Made by a program: the position numbers and the translations under genes. DNA of 64,000 bases, taken from Novosphingobium sp. (lineage in GTDB: Bacteria > Pseudomonadota > Alphaproteobacteria > Sphingomonadales > Sphingomonadaceae). The DNA lies in assembly GCA_031416535.1 (NCBI GenBank), contig JANOTT010000061.1:30-64029 (forward strand). Direction: 5' to 3'. Positions 10,029 to 18,841 of this stretch are shown piece after piece. Every line of letters starts with the position of its first letter. Position 1 is the first letter of the stretch. The notes under the pieces were generated by a model. The model saw only the letters and a list, made by a program, of their open reading frames with translations, was not told the origin of the DNA and made no database searches.

Positions 10029-11021
10029 CTAAATCAATCCTGCCAACGGGCTCGAGGGATCTGCGTATTTGCGCGTCGCCATGCGGCCCGCCAAATAGGC
10101 ATCGCGCCCGGCCGCAACCGCCAGCTTCATCGCCCGGGCCATGCGCACCGGGTCCTTGGCCTCGGCGATCGCGGTGTTCATCAGCACGCCGTCCACCCCC
10201 AGTTCCATCGCCACCGCCGCGTCGCTTGCGGTGCCGACCCCGGCATCGACCAGCACCGGCACGCTCGCGCCCTCGACGATCAGCCGGATCGTCACCCGGT
10301 TCTGGATCCCCAGCCCCGAACCGATCGGCGCGCCCAGCGGCATCACCGCAACCGCGCCGGCTTGCTCAAGCTGCTTGGCGGCAATCGGATCGTCGGTGCA
10401 ATAAACCATCGGCAGAAAGCCTTCGTTGGCCAAGACTTCGCAGGCCTTCAGCGTCTCGCGCATATCGGGGTACAAAGTCCGTGCCTCGCCCAGCACCTCC
10501 AGCTTGACCAGATCCCAGCCGCCCGCCTCGCGCGCCAGCCGCAGCGTGCGGATCGCCTCCTCCGCTGAGAAACACCCGGCGGTGTTGGGCAGGTAGGTAA
10601 CTTTCTTGGGGTCGATGAAATCGGTCAGCATCGGCGCCTTGGGGTCGCTGACGTTGACCCGGCGCACGGCGACGGTGACGATCTCCGCCCCCGAGGCGGC
10701 CAGCGCGGCGGCATTCTCGGCAAAATCCTTGTATTTGCCGGTACCGACGATCAGCCGCGAGGTAAAGGTGCGGCCGGCCACGGTCCAGGTGTCAGCCGGG
10801 CCGGTTGCGGCTTGCCCGCCGCCAACGAAATGCACGATCTCCAGCGCGTCGCCGTCAGCCAGCGCGACGCTGGCCAAAATCGAGCGCGGCACAATCACGC
10901 CATTGCGCTCGACCGCAACTTTGGCCGGATCGAGTTCGAGACAGCGCACCAGATCGGCGATCGAGCCGGAAGCGGTGCGGCGGCTTTCGCCGTTGACGGT
11001 GATGGAGATGTAATCGGTCAT
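10029..11021 (-). CDS. thiG: ThiS-ThiG fusion (sulfur carrier + thiazole synthase)
   Basis: N-terminal ThiS ([25 protein letters not shown]) in frame with ThiG ([44 protein letters not shown]). Confidence 0.95.
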   Translation of the reverse strand: MTDYISITVNGESRRTASGSIADLVRCLELDPAKVAVERNGVIVPRSILASVALADGDALEIVHFVGGGQAATGPADTWTVAGRTFTSRLIVGTGKYKDFAENAAALAASGAEIVTVAVRRVNVSDPKAPMLTDFIDPKKVTYLPNTAGCFSAEEAIRTLRLAREAGGWDLVKLEVLGEARTLYPDMRETLKACEVLANEGFLPMVYCTDDPIAAKQLEQAGAVAVMPLGAPIGSGLGIQNRVTIRLIVEGASVPVLVDAGVGTASDAAVAMELGVDGVLMNTAIAEAKDPVRMARAMKLAVAAGRDAYLAGRMATRKYADPSSPLAGLI

Positions 11022-11040
11022 GGCTGACCGCAAATAGCGA

Positions 11041-11424
11041 TCAGAACCCGTGACGCAAGTTGCGCAAATGCGCCCAGGCGAGCAGCGCTACTCCCATGAT
11101 GGTCAGCACGCCCTCGGCGGTGCCGTGGCCGACGAACAGCGCCAGCGCCATCAAGCCGATCCCCGCAGCGCCGACTTGCAGTGGCACCGGATCACCGTGG
11201 CGGACCACGCCGAGCACCAGCGTGACCGAGCCGACGACAATGGCCAGCGCCAGACCAACGCGGTGAATGACCGGCGCGAGGAGCACTTCGCCGCCCAGTC
11301 CGAGCCCGGCCACCAGCAGTAGCCCAGCCACGCAATGCAGCGCGCACAGCCCCGAAAGGACCACGCCCACCCGGTCAAGCCGGCCACGAATCGAGATGAA
11401 TGCCTGTCTCACTGCGCCGCCCAT
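11041..11424 (-). CDS. MerC-domain membrane protein
   Basis: [16 protein letters not shown] motif, four TM segments, C-terminal AH..N. Start may be GTG 11412. Confidence 0.8.
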   Translation of the reverse strand: MGGAVRQAFISIRGRLDRVGVVLSGLCALHCVAGLLLVAGLGLGGEVLLAPVIHRVGLALAIVVGSVTLVLGVVRHGDPVPLQVGAAGIGLMALALFVGHGTAEGVLTIMGVALLAWAHLRNLRHGF

Positions 11425-11426
11425 GT

Positions 11427-11443
11427 ATGTGATAGTGTAACAT
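11427..11443. promoter_or_regulatory. Zur-like box
   Basis: ATGTGATAGTGTAACAT, 2 mismatches to ATGTTATANTATAACAT, immediately upstream of the MerC-like gene. Confidence 0.5.
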
Positions 11444-11516
11444 CCCGCAAGGGGTCTTCCGCAATTTCTTCGCGGCAGGCTTGCGCTTTGCCGCACCGCA
11501 CATCACATGGCGCAGC

Positions 11517-12578
11517 ATGCAAATTGCGCTGTCAGTTCCGTCAGCAGCCCGGCCCTTGGCTGTGGCGCGTTGGCTGTGGGCGGTTGCCGCGCTGGTGGTG
11601 ACCATGGTGGTGGTTGGCGGGATCACCCGGCTGACCGAATCGGGGCTATCCATCACCGAATGGCAGCCGATCAGCGGGGCTTTACCGCCGCTGACCGAAG
11701 CGCAGTGGCAAACGCAGTTTGCCGCGTACCAGCAGATCCCGCAGTACACCCAGGTCAACGGGCCCGCCGGGATGACGCTGGCTGCCTACAAGTATATTTT
11801 CTTCTGGGAATGGTTCCACCGGCTGCTGGGGCGATTGGTCGGCCTGGCTTATGCCTTGCCGCTGGCGTGGTTCTGGCTGCGCGGCGCGATTCCGCACGGG
11901 TTTCACATGCGGTTGCTGGGCTTGCTGGCGCTGGGCGGATTGCAGGGGCTGGTCGGGTGGTGGATGGTCAGCTCGGGGCTCAGCCATGACGTCAAGGTCA
12001 GCCATTTGCGGCTGGCAACTCACCTCTCGCTGGCGCTGACCACACTGGCCTTGCTGGTCTGGACCGCCCTTGATTTGCGGGGTCATGCCCACGGCGCGAG
12101 CCGCGCGCGGCTCACCGGGCTCGGCGCGGTCGCACTGGGCGTGCTGGCGTTGCAGCTGGTTTATGGCGGCATGCTGGCCGGCCTGCGCGCCGGGCCGGTC
12201 GCCGGCGCCGGTTGGTTCAACTGGCAGGCCTGGCCGCTGATGCAGGGAAGCCTCGTTCCGGCCGGGATCGATTGGTCGCAAGGGGCGGTTCATGCACTGC
12301 TGAATGACCCGTACCTCGTACACTTCCTGCATCGGTGGTGGGCGTGGGTGGTGGTCGGTGTGCTCGTGGTGTTGGCCCGGCGGCTGCGCGGATTGGATCG
12401 GCGCGCTTCATTGGTACTGCACAGCGCGTTTGGCACGCAGATTTTGCTGGGGATCGCGACGGTGATGAGCGGCGTGTCGCTGTGGCTGGCCGTGCTGCAC
12501 CAGTTGACCGGGGCCGTGCTGCTGGTCAGCGTCACGTGGTGCGCGCATCTGTTGGGCCGACATAAATTATATGATTGA
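11517..12578 (+). CDS. ctaA: Heme A synthase (COX15/CtaA)
   Basis: VVVGGITRLTESGLSITEW, FFWEWFHRLLGR, LQGLVGWWMVSSG, VSHLRLATHL, HFLHR, VLHQ. Confidence 0.95.
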   Translation: MQIALSVPSAARPLAVARWLWAVAALVVTMVVVGGITRLTESGLSITEWQPISGALPPLTEAQWQTQFAAYQQIPQYTQVNGPAGMTLAAYKYIFFWEWFHRLLGRLVGLAYALPLAWFWLRGAIPHGFHMRLLGLLALGGLQGLVGWWMVSSGLSHDVKVSHLRLATHLSLALTTLALLVWTALDLRGHAHGASRARLTGLGAVALGVLALQLVYGGMLAGLRAGPVAGAGWFNWQAWPLMQGSLVPAGIDWSQGAVHALLNDPYLVHFLHRWWAWVVVGVLVVLARRLRGLDRRASLVLHSAFGTQILLGIATVMSGVSLWLAVLHQLTGAVLLVSVTWCAHLLGRHKLYD

Positions 12579-12749
12579 GTAGTTTAGGGCCAAGAACAGG
12601 CTATCTTCGGGAGATGGTACGGGCAGTAAATCGCACTGCTACTCAGGAGAAATACTTGACGAACGCGCTTGGTTCTGCGCGGATATGGCCCGTCCGCAAT
12701 GATTGCTTGAGAAGGCGACAGGCAATCAGGAAAGCGCGGGGAGGCCAAA

Positions 12750-12863
12750 ATGTTGTGTAAATTCAGCGCGATGGCGTTCGAACGGGCGACTGGACACTGC
12801 GCCCTGCTGCAGCCTGCTGTCATCTCGAACCTTCCCAGCTATGCGCGCTGGATGCAGCCATGA
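12750..12863 (+). CDS. Candidate 37-aa small ORF
   Basis: GGGGAGG RBS 5 nt before ATG; MLCKFSAMAFERATGHCALLQPAVISNLPSYARWMQP; TGA overlaps the next ATG. Confidence 0.3.
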   Translation: MLCKFSAMAFERATGHCALLQPAVISNLPSYARWMQP

Positions 12864-13594
12864 AGACCGCGGCGCTCTTGCTGGCCGGCGCCGCCTTGCT
12901 CCCGGTGTTCGGCTCGCAGTGGGCATTTGAAGCCATGGCGCAGGCGCCGCACCTGCGGTTTTCGCCGCCCAGCGTGCCCATGGTGCTGAGCCGCACTGTC
13001 GTCCGCGAGCTGTCGGGCGGACAGCAAGTTTTGGTCAAGCGCAGATTCCGTGTTCAGTTCCTGCCGGACGGCGACGGCTTCATGCTGACCGGTGCACCGA
13101 TCGACGTAAGCGTCGAAGTACCGCCGGTCCTCGCTCGGCTGGGCGAACTGGAACGGCAGCGCAGCGATCTCGGCCCTTTTCCGCTGCTGCTTGACGGCCA
13201 GGGCCTGATTCACCCCGCTGCTGCCCGCAAAGACGCTAACTTGCTTATTCGCCAGGATAGCCAGCAGGCGGCGCAATGGCTGATCCACGCCGCCGCAATG
13301 CCTGCGGTGCGCAAACGCGAAGGCGAGCAACTGCTGGGACAACTGACGATCGATCCGCGCACTTCGCCGTGGCCGACCGACCTGTTCGTGGCCAGCAATG
13401 GCGAACGCCGCCAGCACCGTACCGTCGCGCTGCCCGATGGCAGCCAAGGCGAGGTCGACGTTCTGCTCAAGGTCGGCAAGCTGCTGCCCGGCGGCATGCC
13501 GACCTCGTTCGAACGAGTCATCACCACGCAGCTGGCTGGAACCCGGCGAATCTCGCGCGAACTGTGGAATCTCGAACCTGCGCCGGGCAATTGA
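12860..13594 (+). CDS. Hypothetical exported protein (244 aa)
   Basis: N-terminal signal-peptide-like MKTAALLLAGAALLP; no family recognised. Confidence 0.7.
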   Translation: MKTAALLLAGAALLPVFGSQWAFEAMAQAPHLRFSPPSVPMVLSRTVVRELSGGQQVLVKRRFRVQFLPDGDGFMLTGAPIDVSVEVPPVLARLGELERQRSDLGPFPLLLDGQGLIHPAAARKDANLLIRQDSQQAAQWLIHAAAMPAVRKREGEQLLGQLTIDPRTSPWPTDLFVASNGERRQHRTVALPDGSQGEVDVLLKVGKLLPGGMPTSFERVITTQLAGTRRISRELWNLEPAPGN

Positions 13595-13649
13595 ACCCAG
13601 CGCCAGCTCTGCGGTATTATTTTACCTCTCTGGAAAGTCGCTCCAAAGC

Positions 13650-13762
13650 TTGACTTCTTAGCCACCATCACCGAATGGGCCGCTTCCACACGCGGATCGT
13701 CGTTAGCGAATCAGGTGCGCGTGTCACAGGGATAGATCCCTTACAGACAAGGAAGGCTGGCC
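13650..13762 (+). promoter_or_regulatory. rplM-rpsI promoter (-35 TTGACT) and leader
   Basis: TTGACT at 13650-13655; small hairpin GGGAT-AG-ATCCC; AAGGAAGG RBS. Confidence 0.45.
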
Positions 13763-14242
13763 ATGAAAGCGCTCAGCAAAGTCACCCGGTCGATCAAACC
13801 GGCCGAGGTGGAAAAGAAATGGCATTTAATCGATGCTGACGGACTGGTCGTCGGGCGGCTCGCCGTGGTTATCGCCAATCACCTGCGCGGCAAGCACAAG
13901 CCCAGCTTCACCCCGCACGTCGATTGCGGCGATCATGTCGTCGTGATCAACGCTGGCAAGGTGCGCTTCACCGGCAAGAAGCGCGGTGACAAGATTTACT
14001 ACAAGCACACCGGTTATGTCGGCGGGATCAAGGCCGTCACCGCCGCCAAGGTGCTGGAAGGCCGCTTCCCCGAGCGCGTGCTTGAAAAGGCAGTTGAGCG
14101 CATGGTGCCGCGCGGTCCGCTGGGCCGGGACCAGATGCGCAGCCTGCACCTTTATGCCGGGACGGAGCATCCGCACGGCGGAACCCAGCCCCAAGTACTC
14201 GACGTTGCCGCCATGAGCCGCAAGAACAAGGTGGGTGCATGA
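13763..14242 (+). CDS. rplM: 50S ribosomal protein L13
   Basis: [48 protein letters not shown]. Confidence 0.99.
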   Translation: MKALSKVTRSIKPAEVEKKWHLIDADGLVVGRLAVVIANHLRGKHKPSFTPHVDCGDHVVVINAGKVRFTGKKRGDKIYYKHTGYVGGIKAVTAAKVLEGRFPERVLEKAVERMVPRGPLGRDQMRSLHLYAGTEHPHGGTQPQVLDVAAMSRKNKVGA

Positions 14243-14736
14243 TGTCCGACACTACTGTCACCGATCTCGCCGATCTGGGCGAAATTGCCGAAGTCCCTGC
14301 CACTCCGGCGGCGCCGACCATGCCGCTGCGCGACAAGCAGATCGATGCCCAGGGCCGCGCCTATGCCACTGGCCGCCGTAAGGACGCGGTTGCCCGTGTC
14401 TGGATCAAGCCCGGTTCGGGCAAGGTCGTGGTCAATGGCCGCGATCAGGAAGTGTACTTCGCGCGTCCGACGCTGCGCCTGGTGCTCAACCAGCCGTTCC
14501 AGATTTCAGAGCGCGAAGGCCAGTATGATGTGATCGCTACCGTCAAGGGCGGCGGGCTGTCGGGTCAGGCCGGCGCGGTCAAGCACGGCATCTCGCAGGC
14601 GCTGACCAAGTTCGAGCCAGCGCTGCGCGGCGTGGTCAAGGCGGCCGGGTTCCTGACCCGCGACAGCCGCGCGGTCGAGCGCAAGAAGTACGGCAAGGCC
14701 AAGGCCCGCAAGAGCTTCCAGTTCTCGAAGCGCTAA
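14239..14736 (+). CDS. rpsI: 30S ribosomal protein S9
   Basis: [44 protein letters not shown]. Confidence 0.99.
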   Translation: MMSDTTVTDLADLGEIAEVPATPAAPTMPLRDKQIDAQGRAYATGRRKDAVARVWIKPGSGKVVVNGRDQEVYFARPTLRLVLNQPFQISEREGQYDVIATVKGGGLSGQAGAVKHGISQALTKFEPALRGVVKAAGFLTRDSRAVERKKYGKAKARKSFQFSKR

Positions 14737-14758
14737 GCTTTACGGTCTTTCAGAAATT

Positions 14759-14790
14759 CAAACGGGCGGTCCTGCGGGGCCGCCCTTTTG
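14759..14790 (+). terminator. Terminator after rpsI
   Basis: GGGCGG..CC-loop-GG..CCGCCC followed by TTTT. Confidence 0.75.
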
Positions 14791-14796
14791 TTATGC

Positions 14797-15654
14797 CTAA
14801 TGGACCGGGGGATCGACCGGCGGCACCGCCCCGATTGGAGCAACCGGTTCGCCCGGTTGGCGCGGCGGCAGCGCGTCCTTGGGAACCGCGTCGAGCTGCA
14901 TTTGCGCGGTCGGCACGGCTTCGAAATTGCGCACCTGCACGCTGATCGTCGCGGGCCTTACGGTCAGCTCGTTATAGCTCGCCGGGGTTGAGCGGATGCG
15001 CTTGGACAGCGTCCCGGCGCCGATCATCCGCAGCGGCCCATGTTCGGTTTCGGCGATCAGATCGAACGGATCGTGGACGTGCCCGCTGAGCACCGCTGCG
15101 ACCCCGCGCGCGGCCAGCGCGGCCATTGCCCGGTTGCCGCCGATCGTCAGCAACTCACCGCGCGGGCTGCGTTCCGTCAGCGGGTGATGGGCGGTGACCA
15201 GCACGCGGGTGCCCGCAGGCACCCGATCGATCGCCGCCAGCGTTTGGGCTAGCGCGCGGGCACTGACCAGCCCTTCGGACCAGGGCCACCGCCACTGCGC
15301 CTTAACCGTGGTGAGCAGCGGGATCACTGCAATCCCCGGTAGCGCGAGCGACTTTTCAAGCAGCTGCTTGACCCCCAGAAAGCGCTTGTAGGGATCGGTG
15401 AAACGCTCCCACAGGTTGAAATAGGGCATATCATGATTGCCGACCTCGATCGTCACTGGCACGTCAAGGGTGGTGATCCAGTCGCGCGCCGCAGCAAATT
15501 CGCGGCGGCGCGCGCGCATCGTGAGATCGCCGGTGATCAGCACCGCGTCGGGCCGCTGCTGCGCAATGGCGATGCGCACCGCGGCCAGCGCGGCGCGATC
15601 CTCCAGCCCGAAGTGAATATCGCTAAGGTGAAACAGCGTTAGAGTGTCAGCCAT
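14797..15654 (-). CDS. Metallophosphoesterase (calcineurin-like)
   Basis: HLSDIHFG, ITGDLT, GNHD, AHHP, LSGHVHD metal motifs. Confidence 0.9.
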   Translation of the reverse strand: MADTLTLFHLSDIHFGLEDRAALAAVRIAIAQQRPDAVLITGDLTMRARRREFAAARDWITTLDVPVTIEVGNHDMPYFNLWERFTDPYKRFLGVKQLLEKSLALPGIAVIPLLTTVKAQWRWPWSEGLVSARALAQTLAAIDRVPAGTRVLVTAHHPLTERSPRGELLTIGGNRAMAALAARGVAAVLSGHVHDPFDLIAETEHGPLRMIGAGTLSKRIRSTPASYNELTVRPATISVQVRNFEAVPTAQMQLDAVPKDALPPRQPGEPVAPIGAVPPVDPPVH

Positions 15655-16498
15655 TCCCGGTTGCAAGCAGATCGACTGCCAGCGTGGCAAGCGAAAACCG
15701 CTCCTCGGCTTGACCTGTGGCGCGCTCGCCATCGATCATCAGTTCGATCGGTGAGCCATCCGCCGAGCGGCAAACCAGCGCCGGATGCGCGCCCAGTTCA
15801 TCGTGCGGGCCTTCGCGGAAATCGCGCTTGATTAGCGCCAGCCCCTGCTTGAGATAGTCTGCAAACCCTTCCGAACGGTACCCATCAGCCACCAGACCTT
15901 GGGCGTGCGGAACGATCCGAACCCCGGCATAGCCTTCATCGTGGCCCAGTACGGGATCCGTCACCTGCACCATCGCTCCACCCGCGCTTTCCTTGACGGC
16001 GTCAAGCGCGGTGCTGGCGAGCGTACCCAGTTGGCCTTCGCGCAGCCCTTCGCGCACGTCGCTCCACTTGGCGCCCGGCCCCGCTAGAACTTCGCAGAGC
16101 GCCACATGCGCGGACATCCGCACGCAGGGCTGCCGGACCGGCCGCGAACGCCCGGCCGCAAACGCGGTGATGATTGCGCCGGTTTCGCACGGCGAATGCA
16201 GCAGCTTGGCCAACAAATTGGTGGTCCCGCCGGGCAGCACCAGCGCTTGGCCCGACCAGCCTTCGAGCGGCGGCAGCAGGGCGCTCACGGTGCCATCGCC
16301 GGTGAATACAACCAGCGTGGCAACGCCCGCCTGTTCAAGCGCGGCGCGGCTGGGCAAGTCTTCAGCGGCGCAATCGATCACCCGCGCGGGCGCGTGGCCG
16401 ACGCTGCCGAGGTGCTCGACGAGCGCCGCCAGTGAAGTATCATCGTTGCTGCCACTGGCGCTGTTCGCGACCAGCCACAGCGGGCCAGGAGTTGTCAT
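15647..16498 (-). CDS. Diacylglycerol/sphingoid kinase family (DAGK) protein
   Basis: LVANSASG, VFTGDGTV, VLPGGTTNLLAK, MIDGE. The ORF-track start (16900) is over-extended. Confidence 0.85.
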   Translation of the reverse strand: MTTPGPLWLVANSASGSNDDTSLAALVEHLGSVGHAPARVIDCAAEDLPSRAALEQAGVATLVVFTGDGTVSALLPPLEGWSGQALVLPGGTTNLLAKLLHSPCETGAIITAFAAGRSRPVRQPCVRMSAHVALCEVLAGPGAKWSDVREGLREGQLGTLASTALDAVKESAGGAMVQVTDPVLGHDEGYAGVRIVPHAQGLVADGYRSEGFADYLKQGLALIKRDFREGPHDELGAHPALVCRSADGSPIELMIDGERATGQAEERFSLATLAVDLLATGNG

Positions 16499-16536
16499 GA
16501 TCGGAATCCTTTGCGCTAGAACGCGCACGGCGCGGT

Positions 16537-16803
16537 TTAGATCCGCCCACTCAGGATCAGCCAGGCCGAAGCCGCGTTGACTGCGCTGTAGCAGGCATAG
16601 AACAAGGCCCAGCCCCACGATCCTTGTGACACCATCAGCATGGAGCCGAGCAGCATGGTGAATTCGACAAAGATCGAAAAGCGCCCGCCGAGCAGGTGGA
16701 AAAAGAATGGCACCTTGCCGAGCAACGGGTGATGGCTCTCGAGCACAGCCTTGTGGACCGCGAAATTGCCCATGCCGAGCAGGAAGACAATGATCAGACC
16801 CAT
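16537..16803 (-). CDS. Small membrane protein (88 aa), hypothetical
   Basis: Three hydrophobic segments; NFAVHKAVLESHHP; sits inside the apparent operon. Confidence 0.7.
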   Translation of the reverse strand: MGLIIVFLLGMGNFAVHKAVLESHHPLLGKVPFFFHLLGGRFSIFVEFTMLLGSMLMVSQGSWGWALFYACYSAVNAASAWLILSGRI

Positions 16804-16815
16804 GACGCGTTGCTG

Positions 16816-17553
16816 TTAACGCCCCGCCATCGCCTTGGCACGCGAAAGATAGGTCCGCCCAATCCGCACCATCGTCCCGTCGCCGAGGTCGGCCGACCAC
16901 ACCCCCAGCCCATCGTGGCGCAGCCCGGTGATGCGGTCACGGCGCAGGATGGTTGAGCGATGCAGGCGGATGAAGCGTGTCGGATCGAGCCGCGCTTCCA
17001 GCCCCGAGACGGTCTGCAGCAGCAGATAGGACCGAGCGGCAACGTGCAGCCGTACATAATCGCGCTCGGCATCGATCCGCTCGACATCGGCGGCGGCAAT
17101 GCGCAGCAGCTCCGAACGATACGGCACCCAGAATTCGCTTAGCCACTGCGGCTCGCCGCGCGCGCGGGTGCTACGCCGCGCGATAGCGCGGGCGACTGCG
17201 CGTTCCAGCCGCTCGGGGGTGACCGGCTTGAGCACATAGTCGACCGCGTCGAGATCGAACGCCTCGACCGCGAAATTGTCATGCGCGGTGACAAATACCA
17301 CCGCCGGGGCCTGGTCGCGCTTGGTTAGCGCGCGCGCCACCGCCAGCCCGTCGAGCTCGGGCATGGTCATGTCGAGGAGCACCAGTTCGGGCGACAGTTC
17401 GGCGATTGCAGCAAGCGCGGCAGCGCCATCGCGCGCGGTGCCGACCACCCGCAAGCCGCTGATTCCGGCGCAGATCAGTTCCATCCGTTCCAGCGCGAGC
17501 GGTTCGTCATCGACGATCAGCGTAGCCAGTCCAGGCGCAGCGGGGTCAGCCAT
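16816..17553 (-). CDS. LytTR-family response regulator
   Basis: LIVDDEPLA, LLDMTMP, FVTAH, DYVLKP; LytTR domain AERDYV, F.RLHRS.I, IGRTY. Confidence 0.93.
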   Translation of the reverse strand: MADPAAPGLATLIVDDEPLALERMELICAGISGLRVVGTARDGAAALAAIAELSPELVLLDMTMPELDGLAVARALTKRDQAPAVVFVTAHDNFAVEAFDLDAVDYVLKPVTPERLERAVARAIARRSTRARGEPQWLSEFWVPYRSELLRIAAADVERIDAERDYVRLHVAARSYLLLQTVSGLEARLDPTRFIRLHRSTILRRDRITGLRHDGLGVWSADLGDGTMVRIGRTYLSRAKAMAGR

Positions 17554-18742
17554 CGGCTTCGAGCGGCAGTCGGATAATCGAACGCCATCCGCTGGGTTCA
17601 GCCGGTCCCGATTCGAGGCGCGCCGCATCGCCATAGCGTGCTGCGAGCCGGTCGCGAACATTGGCCAGCCCGATCCCGAACCCGTGCTCGCGGTCGTCCG
17701 GGCGGGCCGGACCATCGTTGCTTACTTCGAGCACCAGTTGCCCCGCTTCTTCGCGCGCGGCGATCGTCACGGTTACCGGGCGCGCGGTTAAGGCGACCGC
17801 ATAGCGCACCGAATTTTCGACCAGCGGCTGGAGGATCAGCCCCGGCACGCAGGCCTGTTCCAGCGCGGCGGGCAGATTGAACCGGGTGCGGAGCCGCTCG
17901 GGAAAGCGGACCGCCTCGATTTCCAGATACGAGCGCTGCAAAGCGACCTCAGCCTCGAGCGCGATATCGCCCGTCGGATCCTCGGCCAGGCTGCGGCGAT
18001 AGAACGCCGAGAGCGTCTGGATCATCTTTTCCGCCGCCGCGTCCTTGCCGGTCATGACCAGTGCAGACAATGAATTGAGCGTATTGAACAGGAAGTGCGG
18101 GTTCACCTGATAGCGCAGCGAGCGCAGTTCCGAAGCCTTGGCGGCGCGGCGATATTCGCCTTCGCGGCGCTCGGCGGCGCGGGCCTGCTCGGCATTGACC
18201 ATCGCGAAATAGAGCGCGGCCCACGCCAGCAGCAGGAAATAGCGCCCGATCGCAATGTCGGTCAATTGCCGCCACAGCCCCTGTTCGGCGAATTTCTGTT
18301 GCAGCTGGGACAGCTGCTCGCGAGTCAGCTGCGGCGGATCAGGCAGGTCGATCAGCACGTTGCCAGCGGTATCGTGGCGGATCTGGACCTGGCTGGGATT
18401 GCGCTCCTGCTTGAAATTGCGCTGGTCGATGCCGGAAAACACCTGCGTGTTGATCAGCGCCAGCGCCAGTGCGGCGGGCACGATCACGATCGCGGCAATC
18501 CCCATCCGCACGCCCACGCGGCGGTGATCGAACAGTCGCAGGATCGCCCAGACCATGACCGTCACCGCCATCCCGGCCAGCGTCACGACGCTGCGCAGCG
18601 CCAGCATCTCGCCAAAATAGGTGCGGTCGATCAGCAGGCTGCGCAGCGTGATCAGCCCGAGGTAGCACAGCCACAGCCCCGCGATTGAGGCGAGCACGGT
18701 CCGCGCGGGGACGCGGCTGGGCTGAAGGTCGAGTTCTTCCAT
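17546..18742 (-). CDS. LytS/YehU-type membrane histidine kinase
   Basis: LRYQVNPHFLFNTLN, IEAVRFPERL, LQPLVENSVRY, GIGLANVRDRL; N-terminal TMs. Confidence 0.93.
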   Translation of the reverse strand: MEELDLQPSRVPARTVLASIAGLWLCYLGLITLRSLLIDRTYFGEMLALRSVVTLAGMAVTVMVWAILRLFDHRRVGVRMGIAAIVIVPAALALALINTQVFSGIDQRNFKQERNPSQVQIRHDTAGNVLIDLPDPPQLTREQLSQLQQKFAEQGLWRQLTDIAIGRYFLLLAWAALYFAMVNAEQARAAERREGEYRRAAKASELRSLRYQVNPHFLFNTLNSLSALVMTGKDAAAEKMIQTLSAFYRRSLAEDPTGDIALEAEVALQRSYLEIEAVRFPERLRTRFNLPAALEQACVPGLILQPLVENSVRYAVALTARPVTVTIAAREEAGQLVLEVSNDGPARPDDREHGFGIGLANVRDRLAARYGDAARLESGPAEPSGWRSIIRLPLEADG

Positions 18743-18787
18743 GTCCCGGTCAGCGTTAGCCGCGAACGGGGGGGCAAGGCCAGCGGC

Positions 18788-18816
18788 TTGGTCGAAGCAC
18801 CTGTCCGGTTGGTCGA
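18788..18816 (-). promoter_or_regulatory. LytTR-type direct repeat operator
   Basis: TTGGTCGA at 18788 and 18809 (21-bp period), 46-74 bp upstream of the HK start. Confidence 0.55.
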
Positions 18817-18841
18817 TACCGCGCAGGGGCTTCAGCTCGCT

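Noticed and set aside
11022-11040. TPP riboswitch upstream of thiS-thiG
   Set aside because: Only 19 bp of intergenic space and no TPP aptamer consensus.
15647-17715. Long N-terminal extensions of the DAGK ORF (to 16900) and the response regulator (to 17715), suggesting fusions
   Set aside because: The extensions overlap other real genes in different frames; family motifs begin at 16498 and 17553.
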